Positions 20,306 through 31,700 of a DNA stretch of 64,000 nucleotides are shown here, one piece after another (the stretch's first letter is position 1; every line of letters begins with the position of its first letter). The translations under genes were made by a program, and so were the position numbers. The stretch comes from an uncultured Pseudomonadota bacterium (GTDB lineage: Bacteria > Myxococcota_A > UBA796 > SXON01), in assembly GCA_903885375.1 (NCBI GenBank), contig CAISIK010000223.1:1443-65442 (forward strand), written 5' to 3'. A model generated the notes under the pieces. That model was not told the origin of the DNA. It searched no databases and worked only from the letters and a program-made list of their open reading frames with translations.

Positions 20306-20976
20306 GCGGGCTTGCCTCCCCCGTGGGTGAAGAGCACGGCGCGAGCGGTAGCATCGTGGGGGGCGCGCAGCTCCTTGCCCACGCTCCGGCCGCGGGCCAC
20401 GGCGGGCCGGGCCGCCACCTCCGCGAACCAGCGCTGCACGTTCGGGAAGTCACCGAGCTGCTGGCCCTGCTTCTCCCAGGGCGCAATCCACGGGAAGATG
20501 GCCATGTCGGCGATGGAGTACTCCCCCGCCACGAACGGCCGATCGGCGAGCCGCCGGTCGAGCACGCCGTACAGGCGCCCGACCTCCGCCGTGTACCGCT
20601 GGATTCCGTACTCCACGCGCTCCGGGGCGTACTCCCGGAAGTGATGCGCCTGACCGGCCATGGGGCCGAGCCCGCCCACCTGCCAGAAGAGCCACTGCAG
20701 CACCTCCACGCGCCCGGCCGGGTCGGCGGGCAGGAAGCGACCTTCCCGCTCGGCGAGGTACACGAGGATGGCGCCGCTCTCGAACACGGAAATCTGCCGC
20801 TCCTCGTCGAAGATCGCGGGGATGCGGTTGTTGGGGCTCAGCTCGAGGAAGGCCGGCTGGAACTGCTCCCCGCGCCCGATGTTCACCGGGTTGAACTGGT
20901 AGGGGAGCCCCAGCTCCTCGAGCGCGATGCTGATCTTGATGCCGTTGGGCGTGGGCCAGGAGTAGAGCTGGATCAT
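20302..20976 (-). CDS. Glutathione S-transferase, YfcG/YghU-like
   Basis: WPTPNG.K, SPNNRIPAI, FESGAIL, WQVGGLGPMAGQ, YSIADMA. Confidence 0.93.
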   Translation of the reverse strand: MIQLYSWPTPNGIKISIALEELGLPYQFNPVNIGRGEQFQPAFLELSPNNRIPAIFDEERQISVFESGAILVYLAEREGRFLPADPAGRVEVLQWLFWQVGGLGPMAGQAHHFREYAPERVEYGIQRYTAEVGRLYGVLDRRLADRPFVAGEYSIADMAIFPWIAPWEKQGQQLGDFPNVQRWFAEVAARPAVARGRSVGKELRAPHDATARAVLFTHGGGKPA

Positions 20977-21473
20977 CGGACCGCCGCCGCGTCGTGCCGG
21001 AAGTAACGCTCCACGCTGCGGTCCGGATCGGTGAGCACGCGCGTGGGGCCGGGGCGAAAGCCCGCGGACTGGTAGAGCTGGTGTGCCGAGCGGAACCGCA
21101 CATCACTCCACAGCTCCGACCAGGCGAACCCGCCCCAGGAGAGGCACAGCGAGAGGAGCCCCCGGGCGAGGCCGGCGCGACGCCCCCGCGGCGCCACGTA
21201 CATGCGCTTGATCACCCGCGCGGCCCCGTTGGGCGCCACCGCCCCCGTGGCCACGATGCCCTCCGCATCCTCCACCACCCAGAAGGCGCCCGAGGCGTAG
21301 CTCTCCATCACGTCGACGAGGTCATCCTCGAACTCGAGGTCGAAGTCGAGGCCGAATTCCTCGTAGATCGTGCGGATGTGACCGGCCACGTCGTCGTTCG
21401 GCGTGGCCTCGCGCACACGATAGCCCTCCGGCACCCGCCAAACCGACTCCACCGCTGGATACAAGGGGGCCAT
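20973..21473 (-). CDS. GNAT family N-acetyltransferase
   Basis: IKRMYVAPRGRRAGLA (motif A), AHQLYQSAGF; start ATG 21473 or GTG 21452. Confidence 0.82.
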   Translation of the reverse strand: MAPLYPAVESVWRVPEGYRVREATPNDDVAGHIRTIYEEFGLDFDLEFEDDLVDVMESYASGAFWVVEDAEGIVATGAVAPNGAARVIKRMYVAPRGRRAGLARGLLSLCLSWGGFAWSELWSDVRFRSAHQLYQSAGFRPGPTRVLTDPDRSVERYFRHDAAAVR

Positions 21474-21708
21474 GCTGCTCCTCTGGCTGGCGACTTCGAG
21501 CGCCGATGCGCCCGGCTTGCCGCTGTGGGTAACCCGCGGGGATTCGGCAGCGGCTGCCGTGTCGCTGGCGGCCGGCACGCTCTCGACCACCGCCGCCGAG
21601 GTGGCGGCGAGCGGGAGGGCGAGCCGCTTCCCCGAACTTCACGCGCAGTCCGCCGAGCTCGTGGACCGGGCGGTCGGCCTCCGCGAGGCCGTGAACCAGG
21701 ACCCGTAG
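21472..21708 (+). CDS. Small secreted helical hypothetical protein (78 aa)
   Basis: Hydrophobic N-terminus, host-like codon bias, fills the gap between flanking genes. Confidence 0.5.
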   Translation: MLLLWLATSSADAPGLPLWVTRGDSAAAAVSLAAGTLSTTAAEVAASGRASRFPELHAQSAELVDRAVGLREAVNQDP

Positions 21709-21715
21709 GCGCGGG

Positions 21716-22594
21716 CTAGAGCTCTTCGCCCTCTTCCACGCCGAAGCGGGCTTCGGGCAGGGAGGGGTCGCAGAAGACGATGTACCACTTCTTGGCGGCG
21801 AACTTGGACTCCTCGGCGAGCCACTCCGACCAGCGGGGCAGCTCGGGGTTCTTCTCCTTGTCATCCACCCGCACGAGGCGGGGCTGCGCCTGCTTGCTGC
21901 CCACGCACTGCTTGAAGCGTGCGGCGCGCTTGCTGTCGAGGGCGGTCTGCACCTCGCCGCGGCAGGTCTCCATGCGCTTGCGGTTGCCCTTCTCGCACAC
22001 GTTGAGCACCACGGTGGTGCGGAAGCTCTCCCAGCGGGCATCCACGGTTTCGCCCTGGGCCACGCGGGTCTCCTCGCGGGCCTCGCGGGTTTCGCCCTGG
22101 CTGACGGTCAGCTCGCCTTCGAGGCGGCGCTGCTCGGCATGCGCCTCGTCGAGCTGGACCTGCAGCTCGGTGAGCTCGGCCTGGCGGGCCTCCAGCTCCT
22201 TCTTGAGCGCGGCGGACTGGCCCTTGGCCTTCTTCACCTTCAGCTCGAGGAGCTTCACCTCGTCGGCCTTCTTCGCCACATCGCCTTCGAGCGACGTGAC
22301 CTTGGCGGTGGCGCTCTCCAGCTCGGAGCGCTGCGCCTCATCGGCCTTGGCGGTTTCGGAGAGGAGCGCGGCGTACTTGGCCTCGGCGGCATCGAGCTGA
22401 CGGATCAGCTCCGCGCGCGAGAGGCTGCCTTCCGCGCGGGCGAGGGTTTCGGGGTCGTTCGCGTACTCGATCGCCTGCGCGCCCAGCACGCCGAGGACCG
22501 CCCCCAGTGCGAGGGCCACGCCGTGCGTGACCACCTGCATGAGGCAGCCCGTAGCCCGACTTCCGCCGCCCGCTTCTTCGTCGATCTCCGACAT
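21716..22594 (-). CDS. Membrane-anchored coiled-coil protein with Cys-containing C-terminal domain
   Basis: GGAG RBS and ATG 22594; TM GVALALGAVLGVLG; long E/K/A-rich heptad stretch; 4 Cys in C-terminal domain. Confidence 0.75.
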   Translation of the reverse strand: MSEIDEEAGGGSRATGCLMQVVTHGVALALGAVLGVLGAQAIEYANDPETLARAEGSLSRAELIRQLDAAEAKYAALLSETAKADEAQRSELESATAKVTSLEGDVAKKADEVKLLELKVKKAKGQSAALKKELEARQAELTELQVQLDEAHAEQRRLEGELTVSQGETREAREETRVAQGETVDARWESFRTTVVLNVCEKGNRKRMETCRGEVQTALDSKRAARFKQCVGSKQAQPRLVRVDDKEKNPELPRWSEWLAEESKFAAKKWYIVFCDPSLPEARFGVEEGEEL

Positions 22595-22730
22595 CCCCAC
22601 TCCATGACTGGCAGCTGCTATCACGAGAAACGCCCAGACGGCCCGGTTGCACGACCACTCCGCCATCGCTGTCGCGATCCCCGAGCATGGCTCCCGCCAA
22701 CAAGGCAGCAATTCCAGACATATAGGCCAG

Positions 22731-22747
22731 TTGGCACGCTTTCTGCA
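22731..22747 (+). promoter_or_regulatory. Putative sigma-54 (-24/-12) promoter
   Basis: TTGGCACGCTTTCTGCA: GG-N10-GC with TGGCACG core, about 28 nt upstream of ATG 22775. Confidence 0.7.
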
Positions 22748-22774
22748 CTACTGCCTGTCACACCCGGAACGGTC

Positions 22775-23479
22775 ATGCGTCTCTCCCTCTTCTCCGCCTC
22801 TTCCCTGCTCTTCCTGCTCGGCTGCCCCACCACCGTCATCGTCGATCCGCCGGAAGCGCCGGAGGTCGTGCGACTCGAGTCCGGCAGCTACGGTGTGCTC
22901 GTTACCGACGTGCTGGAGGTCGACTGCGACGGCGCGAACGGCGAGGACCTCTTCGGCATGGAGCTGCCGATGGAGCTCAAGATGGGCCGGGGCGGCGGCG
23001 CGACCGCCGACCTCTCCGGCCTCCTCCTGTCCGGCGGGATGAGCGGCGGCACGCTCGCGCTCGATGGCGACCTGGTGACCACCCAGGAGCACGAGCAGGA
23101 GTACGGCGAGGAGGACGGCGAGGTGGACGGCGAGGTGGACGGCGAGGTGGACGAGGAGGCCGTCGAACCCTGCGCCGTTCCCGACGAGGAGGGCGACGAG
23201 GATGTGGAGCCCGTGGACTGCAGCGACGAGGACCGCCCCGACCAGCCCTCGCACGGTGGTGGCCGCGACGGCGTCGTGAGCCTCGAGATCGTGGCGAGCC
23301 GCACCGACCACGGCACCGGCTTCCTCGCCCTCTCCGACCGCCAGTGCCGGCTCGAGCTCGCGGTCGAGGTGCAGGCCGTGAGTCGCGGCGACGACCCGCC
23401 CCCGGTGCACACCACCGGCGAGGAGGCCGAGTGCGACGACTCCGAGGATGTGGACGGCGACCGCAGCGACTGCGGCTGA
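22775..23479 (+). CDS. Highly acidic hypothetical lipoprotein
   Basis: Lipobox LLGC after MRLSLF...; D/E-rich with DGEV repeats. Confidence 0.75.
   Translation: MRLSLFSASSLLFLLGCPTTVIVDPPEAPEVVRLESGSYGVLVTDVLEVDCDGANGEDLFGMELPMELKMGRGGGATADLSGLLLSGGMSGGTLALDGDLVTTQEHEQEYGEEDGEVDGEVDGEVDEEAVEPCAVPDEEGDEDVEPVDCSDEDRPDQPSHGGGRDGVVSLEIVASRTDHGTGFLALSDRQCRLELAVEVQAVSRGDDPPPVHTTGEEAECDDSEDVDGDRSDCG
23113..23152 (+). repeat. 12-bp tandem repeat (GGACGGCGAGGT x3) encoding DGEV
   Basis: Read directly from the sequence. Confidence 0.85.
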
Positions 23480-23554
23480 TCCCACGACCCGAGCGGGCCG
23501 GCCGACGACGTGGGGGTCGTCGCCTGCCCGGAGCGGCCACCGTCTCCGCCGCCG

Positions 23555-23580
23555 CGCCGACCGGGCCTTCCCGGTCGGCG
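23555..23580 (+). terminator. Perfect 11-bp hairpin, possible terminator
   Basis: CGCCGACCGGG-CCTT-CCCGGTCGGCG downstream of 22775..23479; only a weak U tail. Confidence 0.45.
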
Positions 23581-23632
23581 TCTCGCGTGGGGGGGCGCCT
23601 CCGAGCCTTCCCGTTTCCGGATAGGCCCCGGC

Positions 23633-24055
23633 ATGCTCCCCGCCTTCGTCTTTGCTGTTTGCCTCCCCTTCGTCGTCCGCATGAACGAGTCGCTCTCGCG
23701 TGCGATCGGGTACGTCCCGGCCGCCTGGGCGGTGCACGCGATCGGGGCCGTCTTCGGCCTTGTGTTCATGCTCCCTTTCGCGGGGCGGAGCTGGGTGGCG
23801 GCGGCCTCCACGGCCCCCTGGTGGTCGTGGCTGGGCGGCGTGATCGGCTGCGCGATGGTGCTCCTCGCCACGCGCGCGGTGACCACCCTGGGCGTGGCCG
23901 GGTTCACCGCCGTCACCGTGGCCGTGCAGCTCGTGGTGAGCGCCGCCATCGACCACTTCGGCCTCGCCGGGAGCCCGATCTACGCGCTCTCCCCGCTTCG
24001 TGCGGCCGGCATCGTGCTCCTGGCCATCGGGGCCACCATGGTCGTTCGCGGATGA
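23633..24055 (+). CDS. DMT superfamily (YdcZ-like) small membrane transporter
   Basis: Multiple TM segments, PWWSWLGG, QLVVSAAIDHFG motifs. Confidence 0.85.
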   Translation: MLPAFVFAVCLPFVVRMNESLSRAIGYVPAAWAVHAIGAVFGLVFMLPFAGRSWVAAASTAPWWSWLGGVIGCAMVLLATRAVTTLGVAGFTAVTVAVQLVVSAAIDHFGLAGSPIYALSPLRAAGIVLLAIGATMVVRG

Positions 24056-25137
24056 CCCTCGCGGCGGTCCTCCTCGTGGGCGTGGCCTGCACGGAGGCGG
24101 CCCCGCCGCCTGCGCTGGGCTTCAAGCTCGTCGGCGTGGCCGAAGTGGAGTCCCCCACCGCCCTCGCCGTCCCGCCCGCCGGGCCGGATGTCCTCTGGGC
24201 CGCCGAGCAGGCCGGCCGCCTCGTCCGGCTCACGCCCGCCGGCCCCGTCCCCGCGCTCGACATCCGGGATCGGGTCACGAGCGGCGGAGAGACCGGGCTC
24301 CTCGGCCTCGCGTTCGCGCCCGACTGGCCGGCCGACCCCCGCGCCTTCGTCAACTACACCTTCAAGGATGCCGGTCAGCTCTACACCCGCATCGCCAGCT
24401 TCCGCACGGCCGACGGCGGGCTCACCCTGCAGCCCGGCTCGGAGGTCACGCTCCTCGTGGTGGAACAGCCCTGGTCCAACCACAACAGCGGGCCGCTGGC
24501 TTTCGGGCCCGATGGCATGCTCTACGTCGCGCTCGGCGATGGCGGCTCCGGCGGCGACCCGCACGGCACCGGGCAGGACCGGTCCGACCTCCTCGGGAGC
24601 ATCCTCCGCCTCGACGTACGCACCGAGCCCTACGCCATCCCGACCGACCAGCCCTTCGCCTCCACCCCGGGTGTCCGCCCGGAGATCTGGGCCTACGGCG
24701 TTCGTAATCCGTGGGGCATGCACTTCGACGGCACCACCCTCTGGTTCGGCGACGTGGGGCAGAACCTCTGGGAGGAGGTGAACAAGGGCGTCGCGGGCGG
24801 CAACTACGGGTGGAACGTGCGGGAGGGCGCCCACTGCTACGAGGAGAGCCCCTGTTCGGGGAGCTTCGTGGAGCCCGTGGCGGAGTATGCGCACCCCGAG
24901 GGCGCCAGCGTGACCGGCGGCATGGTGGTCCGGGGGCCCGCGATCCCCCTGCTCGACGGGAAGTACGTCTTCGCCGACTTCGCTACCGGCCAGTTCTTCG
25001 CGGTACCGGCCAGCGGCGGTCCGCTCGAGCGCCTCGGCGCCACCCAGCTCCACCCCAGCACCTTCGGCCGCACCCGCGATGGCCGGCTCCACGTGGCCGA
25101 CTACGGCGGCACGGTCTACCGGATCGACCCGCCCTAA
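24052..25137 (+). CDS. PQQ-dependent sugar (glucose/sorbosone) dehydrogenase-like lipoprotein
   Basis: ETGLLGLAF.P, NHNSG.L.FGPDG.LY...GDGG, GSILR.D, IWAYG.RNPW, GNYGW; ATGA overlap. Confidence 0.9.
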   Translation: MTLAAVLLVGVACTEAAPPPALGFKLVGVAEVESPTALAVPPAGPDVLWAAEQAGRLVRLTPAGPVPALDIRDRVTSGGETGLLGLAFAPDWPADPRAFVNYTFKDAGQLYTRIASFRTADGGLTLQPGSEVTLLVVEQPWSNHNSGPLAFGPDGMLYVALGDGGSGGDPHGTGQDRSDLLGSILRLDVRTEPYAIPTDQPFASTPGVRPEIWAYGVRNPWGMHFDGTTLWFGDVGQNLWEEVNKGVAGGNYGWNVREGAHCYEESPCSGSFVEPVAEYAHPEGASVTGGMVVRGPAIPLLDGKYVFADFATGQFFAVPASGGPLERLGATQLHPSTFGRTRDGRLHVADYGGTVYRIDPP

Positions 25138-25715
25138 CCGTCGAGGACCTTGGCCATGAAGAGGCGGCGATCGGTGCGGAAGCTGCCGTCGTTGCGGCGC
25201 GAAGGCACCTCCATGTACACGCCTGTGTCCTCGAAGCCGAGGCGCAGGTACATCTCGTAGGCGGCGTTCTTCGTGGCGCTGGTGCGCAGGATCACGTGGG
25301 TGAAGCGGGCGCGATCGATGAGCTGGAGGCGCAGCTCGATGAGCTGACGCCCGAGGCCTGTCTGCCGCCACTGCTCCATGATGCCCAGCTCGGCGAAGTA
25401 GTAGGTGGAGTCGATGGGCAGGAGGCCGCGGATGTCGCGCACCACATCCGGCTTGCTCGCCACCGGGAAGGCCATCGCGAAGCCGGCCACCACGCCGGAA
25501 TCCCGCACCGCGAGGAGCGTGATCTGGTCGGGGATGCGCAGGGCGCGCTGCAGCACGGCGCTCGCCTCCTCCGAGGAGAACCGCTCGTTGTAGGGCGGCT
25601 CACTCCAGATGGCCTGGTAGGCGCCCGCAAAAGCCGCGAGCCACGGGAGCCCATCGGCCACCGACTCCGGGCGCAGGATGTTGAGGCCGTCAGGGCGTTC
25701 GGCCAACGTCAGCAT
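25134..25715 (-). CDS. GNAT family acyltransferase
   Basis: YFAELGI..QWRQTGLG (motif A), NAAYEMY..LGF; 24 bp downstream of the PKS on the same strand. Confidence 0.85.
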   Translation of the reverse strand: MLTLAERPDGLNILRPESVADGLPWLAAFAGAYQAIWSEPPYNERFSSEEASAVLQRALRIPDQITLLAVRDSGVVAGFAMAFPVASKPDVVRDIRGLLPIDSTYYFAELGIMEQWRQTGLGRQLIELRLQLIDRARFTHVILRTSATKNAAYEMYLRLGFEDTGVYMEVPSRRNDGSFRTDRRLFMAKVLDG

Positions 25716-25739
25716 GGCTGCCCCTTATCCGACCGGCGC

Positions 25740-28700
25740 TCAGGCCGCGAAGACCGCGGTGACCACGACGCGCCCCGCGTGCATGCCCACCCGCACCCGG
25801 ATCGGCGCCCCGCCGAGGGCGGTGTGGGCCGCGAGGACCTCGCCAGACAGGCGAACGGTGGCCACACCCGCCTCCACGCCCACCACCTCGATCTCGCGGG
25901 GGTTCAGCGCCATGCCGACGCCGAGGGCCTTGAGCACCGCTTCCTTCACGCTCCAGACCACCGTGATGGCCTCGTCGGTGTGCGCCCAGCCACGCTCCGT
26001 CTCGGAGAACCACTCCTCGACGAAGCTCGCGGGCCGGGGCGTGATCGCCTCCATGTCCACGCCGGCGCGGGCCCCCCGAACCGCGAGCGCGAGCGCTTCG
26101 CCGTCGGTGTGGGTGATGCTGACCTCGAGGCGGGGCGGCCCGCCCACCACGATCGGACGGCCACCGGGCTCCCGATCCACCGCCAGCGCGGCGCCCGGCT
26201 CGAGGGCCTCTACGGCCCGCAATGCCGCGAGCTGCCCGGCCACCCGGTCGGCCCGACGCTTCGCCGTGCCCCGGGCCTCCATCTTCTCCCGGTCGCCCGG
26301 CGGAAGCGCCTCCGACTCCGACGACGCCGCGATCGACGCCGAGGGCCAGCCCCCCTCCGGGACCGGGAGACGGTCGCCCGGGGGCAACGGTCCCTTCTCC
26401 ACCATGCGGAACCCGCGGACGCGCATGATCCGGCCTTCGGGGCCGTCCACGTCGATGTCGTAGCCGCCCCCGCGGACATGCACGACGACCTGCAGCGACT
26501 CCCCTTCGACCGCCGAGCGCACGAGCTCCACCGCATCGATGCTCGCCGGCAGGGCCATCACGCCCTCCAGCGCGATGCGGTGCAGGCCGGCCGCCTGGAA
26601 CGCCGACTCGAGCACCAGCGGCTCGGAGATGAGCCCCTCGGCGATGGAACCGTGCTCCACCACGGCCTCCGCGAGGAGGCCCTGCACGGTGACGGCTTCC
26701 GCGGCCCGGAGGACCTGGAACCGCGCCCCATGGAAGAAGCGCCGGTAGATGTCCTTCTGCGACACCCGCTCCTCGGGGAACCAGGCCCCGGGGAGCGCGG
26801 GCAGGAGCGGCATCTCCACGAGCTGCACCCGCGCCTCGAAGTGCCGGGTGACCTGCGTGCGACCGTTCTTGAGCGTGCGCGAGCTGGACAGGGTGCAGCG
26901 CCAGGCACCCTCCTCGTCGGGCTCGGCCGTGACCTCGATGTCGGCCGCTTGATCGCGGTGCAGCTTCAGCGGCGCAGAGAACGTGACATCCTCGAAGCCG
27001 ACGAAGCGGCCGCGCGGATCGCTCGCCAGCGCCGCGCCCACCATCATCTCCAGACCCATGACCCCGGGGAGGACGGGCACGTTGTCGATGGCGTGGTCGA
27101 GGATCCACGGGTCGGTCTCGACGGACATCCGGCGCCGACCGATCGCCCGATCCCCAACGAGCTCCACGCTGTCGAGCAGGGGATGGATGGACGGCGACTG
27201 GAAGTCGCCGAGGCGCCCCGCCACGACGAGCTCCCCGCACACGCCGGAGGCCACGAGATCGCAGAGCAGGCGCGCGCCCGCCTGCGGCGGGAGCAGCTCC
27301 ACACCGCGCGAGGTGAGCAGGCTCTCCATGCCGCCGCGCACCGCCATGCCCACACCGGCCCACGCCGTCCAGGCCAGGTGCAGCGACCGCGGGCGGGCGA
27401 GGCACACCTGCGCCATCGCCTCGTTGGCGGCGCTGTAGTCCACCTGCCCGGCGTTTCCGAAGCGGCCGGCGATGCTCCCCATGCTCACGAAGAACGTGGA
27501 GGCATCGAGGCCCTCGGCGAGCGCGAGCCCGCCTTCGGCCTTGCCGTCGAACACCCGGCGGAACGCGGTTTCGTCCTTGTCGGTCAGGAGCCTCGACTCC
27601 TCGACCCCGGCCCCGTGCACGACGAGGTCGATGCGCGGGTGCTTCATGCGAAGCTCGGCCACCGCGAGCCGGACGGCATCGGGATTGGCGAGGTCCAGCG
27701 CGCGCAACTCCACCAGCGCGCCGAGCGCGATCATGGCCTCCACGTTCTGGCGTGCCTCCTCCGACACCCGGAGAGGCTTCAGCCGGTCCTCGATCATCTT
27801 CGGCGTGACGCGCTTGTTCGTGGCCTCGAGGGCCTGCCGGATGAGCGGACGTTCTTTCTCCTCGTCGAGCGGCAGAAGCCCCGGGAGGGTGCGCGCCACG
27901 AGGACCAGGGTGCACGGCCCACGCCGCGCGAGCTCGAGCGCCACCTGCGCGGTGATGCCGCGGGTGCCGCCCGTCAGGATCACGACCGGGTGTTCGGGCC
28001 AGTGGCCCTCGGTCGGCACGGTTTCGACGGCGAGCGCCGCCACATCGCGCTCGGCCGGACCGATCCAGACCTCGTTCGCGGCATCGCCCTCACCCATCTC
28101 GTCCACGATCGCCCGCGCGGCGTCGAGCTCGGGCCAGTTCGCACGAACGGAGACCACGCGAGCGCGACAACCCTCCCACTCGCGACCGAGCGCCTTGCAG
28201 AGCCCGGCGCGCGCGCCGTTGTCGCGCGCCGCCTTGAGGTCGGCGGGCGGGGTGAGGATGGACAACCACTGCCTCGGCCGACGGCCATCGAGCCGCTGCG
28301 CCTGCGCGAACAGCTCCAGGAGCGGCGCGCCGCAATCCACCACGACGTCGGGGTCCCCTTCGGAACGCCCCCCGGCGTTGCGGATCTCGTCGCGCAGGTG
28401 TTCGCCCAGCTCGCCACCGCCGAGCACCCACACCACCTGGCCCCGGAGGGTGCTCACGGGCAGCTTGACGTGGCTCACCCGCACCACGCGCCGCACCCGG
28501 AAGTCCGGAGGGAGCTGGTGGGGGAGGAGGGTGGGCACGGCCGCTTCGGGCGCCGGAGCGACCGCTTCGGGCACCGCCGCCGGGGCGGCCACGGAGGCCG
28601 CCACCGCCGGAGCGGGCGCCTCGACGGGCTCGGCAGCGCCGGCCTTCGCCGCGATCCGCCCGGCCAGCCAGCCCGCGAGCTTGTCGACCGTGGGGTAGTC

Positions 28701-31700
28701 GGCGAGGCGGAAGCTGTCGTCGCGCTCGAGCGCGTAGGCGTCGCGCACCTCGCCGAAGATCTCGGCCTGCTTCACGGTGTCGATGCCGAGGTCGGCTTCG
28801 AGCTCGTAGTTCGGATCGATCTCCGAGGGCTCGTAGCCCGTGCGCGCGGCCACGACCCCGATGAGTCGGGCGAGCACCTCGGTGTGCCCGGCGTGGGCAG
28901 CCTCGGCGGGCGCGCTGGCGGGCAAGCTGGCGGGAGGTGCAACGGCAGACGGAGTCGGGGTCGGCACGGGAGCCGCCACCGGGGCCGGCGCAGGCGCGGG
29001 CGCAGCGCCGGCAGCCTTGTCGGCCAGCCACCCCGCGAGCTTCGCCACGGTGGGGTAGTCGGCGAGCTTGAAGCTGTCGTCGCGCTCAAGCCCGTAGGCG
29101 TCGCGCACCTCGGCGAAGATCTCCGCCTGCTTCACGGTGTCGATGCCGAGATCGGCCTCCAGCTCGTAGCCGGGATCGATCTCGCCCACGTCGTAGCCGG
29201 TCTTCGCCGCCACCACGGTGATGAGCCGCTGGAGCACTTCCGCGCGGTCCACGCCCGGCGACGCTGCTGCGGGCGCCGGGGCCGCGGCTGCCGGGGCTGG
29301 CGCGGCCGCATCCACGGCCGTGATCGCTCCGGCAGCACGGGAAGCGAGCCATCCGGCGAGCTTCTCGACGGTGGGGTAGTCGGCCAGCTTGAAGCTGTCG
29401 TCGCGTTCCAGCCCGTAGGCATCACGCACTTCGGCAAAGATCTCCGCCTGCTTCACGGTGTCGATGCCGAGATCGGCCTCCAGCTCGTAGCTGGGGTCGA
29501 TCTCCTCACGCGAGTAGCCGGTCTTCTGCGCCACGACGCCGATCAGGCGCTGCAGCACCTCGGCGCCGCTCACGGAACCCTTCGGCGCTGCCGCCGCGGG
29601 CGCGGGAGCCGCCGGAGCGGCCGGAGCCGCCGCCCGCGCCGCGTTCGGATCGGGCACGAACCGGAGCTGACGGTTTTCGAGCGTGGTGCTGCCGGCAGCG
29701 CCGCCGACCCGCGCCAGCCACTGCCCGTACACCGCCGCGTCGCTTACGCGCACATCGCCGTTGGCGACCTTCTTCCAGGCCACCAACGCGAGCTGGCTGC
29801 CGAAGCCGGCGGCGAGCCGGAGGGCGTAGCGGATGTCGTAGTGCCCGCCGGTGCTCAAGGTGAGCTCGCCGAGGTCCGGGTCGCGCTCCTTCAGATTGGG
29901 GATCGGCGGCACCAGCTGGTACTGCAACGACTTGATCGCGACGGTGTCCTCGACGCCGGCGCCCATCGGGTGACCGGTGAACCCCTTGGTGTTGGCGATC
30001 ACGACCTTGGAGGCCGCGGCGCCGAAGGCGTTCGGGAGGCTCGCCATCTCCGCCGCCGCCGAGCCGCCCCGCGCGGGGGTGTAGGTCTCGTGGCTGAGGA
30101 AGACGCAGCTCTCCGCGAAGGTCTGGTGACTGACCCCCGACGCAGCGACCGCACGGTCCACGAGGGCCTTGACCTCGCGCGCGATGTGCGAGGCGTCGAG
30201 GCGGGTGCCGTGGAAGGCCGAGTTCGCGAGGTGCGTCGCGAGCAGCTCAGCGATCGGCACCATGCCGCGCGCGCGCACATCCGGCCCCCGCTCCAGCACC
30301 AGGCCGACCGCGCCCATGCCGAGGATCATCCCGTGACGGCGACGGTCGAACGGCAGCGCCGCGTTCTCGACCTCGGCCGTGGTGGTGGCCGCGCCGGCCG
30401 CCATGAAGCCCGCGCCGATCCACTGGAGCAGGTTCTCGCTCGTGACATCGTCGGCGCCAACCACGATCACGCGCTCGCACCGCCCGAGCCGGAGCCAATC
30501 CTCGGCCACGGCGATGGCCTGCGTGGTGCTCGCGCAAGCGGCGTTGACCGCCGTGTTCGGGCCGCGCGCGCCGAGGAACTGCGCGAGCTGGCTGTGCCCC
30601 ATCGAGAGCACCTGGAACAGGAACCGACGGTCGAAGTGGCCTTCGCCATCCCCGCCGTTTTCGCCCAGCTTGCCGACGAGCTGGTCGTAGCCGGGGAAGG
30701 CGCTCGCGAAAACGATGCCCGTGCCGTCGCGGAACGCCTCCGGCAGGGCCCAGCCCGTGGCCACGTCCTTGCCCGTGGTGGTGTGCCGGTAGGTGCGCAC
30801 CAGCGGGATGCCGGCGTCGCGCAAGGCCTCTATCGCCGCGGCGAACGCGAGCTGCGTGGTGATGTCGAGGCTCCGGGCGAGGCCCGGGTCTACGCCGTAG
30901 TCGGCGATGAGGTCGAAGTGCGACTTGCGGCCGGCGAGGCGGATCACCTGATCGCGGCTCTCCACGGGCAGGAAGCTGCCCTCGCCCGTTTGCGGGTCCT
31001 TCGTGAGCCGCATGAGCTTCTTGTCGAGGAAGCGGTCGAGGTTCGTCTCGTCCACCGAACCGATGCGGTTCTCGCCGCGGAGCATCCGCTGGATGCCGTC
31101 CACCTCGAAGACCTCGGTGCCACCGGGCAACCCGAGCGAGGCGCCCGAACAGACGATCTCGGCGCGGGCCACCGGCGCGGGGCGTTCGGCCGGTGCGGGA
31201 GCCGCCGCCGGGGCCGCGGGACGGACCGGCGCCGGGGGCGGCGCGGCGGCGACCACGACGGGTGCCTGGGCGGCTTGGAACGCCGTCCAAGCGGCGCCGA
31301 GGAAGCCCTGGAGCGCCGGGAGCATGGCGGTGGCAAAGGTGGACCCATCGACCCCGCGGAGGTCCTGACCGGCGATCTCCTTCAGGAAACGCGCGGCGCT
31401 GTCGGCGGGGAGGGTCGGGGCGCCGACCGTGGGCGCGGCCACGGGCGCCGGGAGGGCCCCGAGCTCGCTCGTGCCTCGCCGCTCGGGCATGGTGGAGGGG
31501 CGGGTGAACCCGCTGCGGCGGGCGGCGTAGTCCACCAGCTGCCGGAGGGTGCGGTGCTGACCCATCCGGAAGTCCGGGTCCGGGTCGAGGCGCAGGGTTT
31601 CGCGCACGGTGCCGATGACGTCGGCCATCTTGACGGTGTCGATGCCGAGGTCGGCCTCGACGTCGTGGTCGAGGGAGAGGTCCTCCACCGCGATGCCCGT

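Noticed and set aside
28660-29570. Direct repeats resembling a CRISPR array or mobile repeat
   Set aside because: They are in-frame tandem ACP domains of ~320-360 bp period; no cas genes or spacer structure
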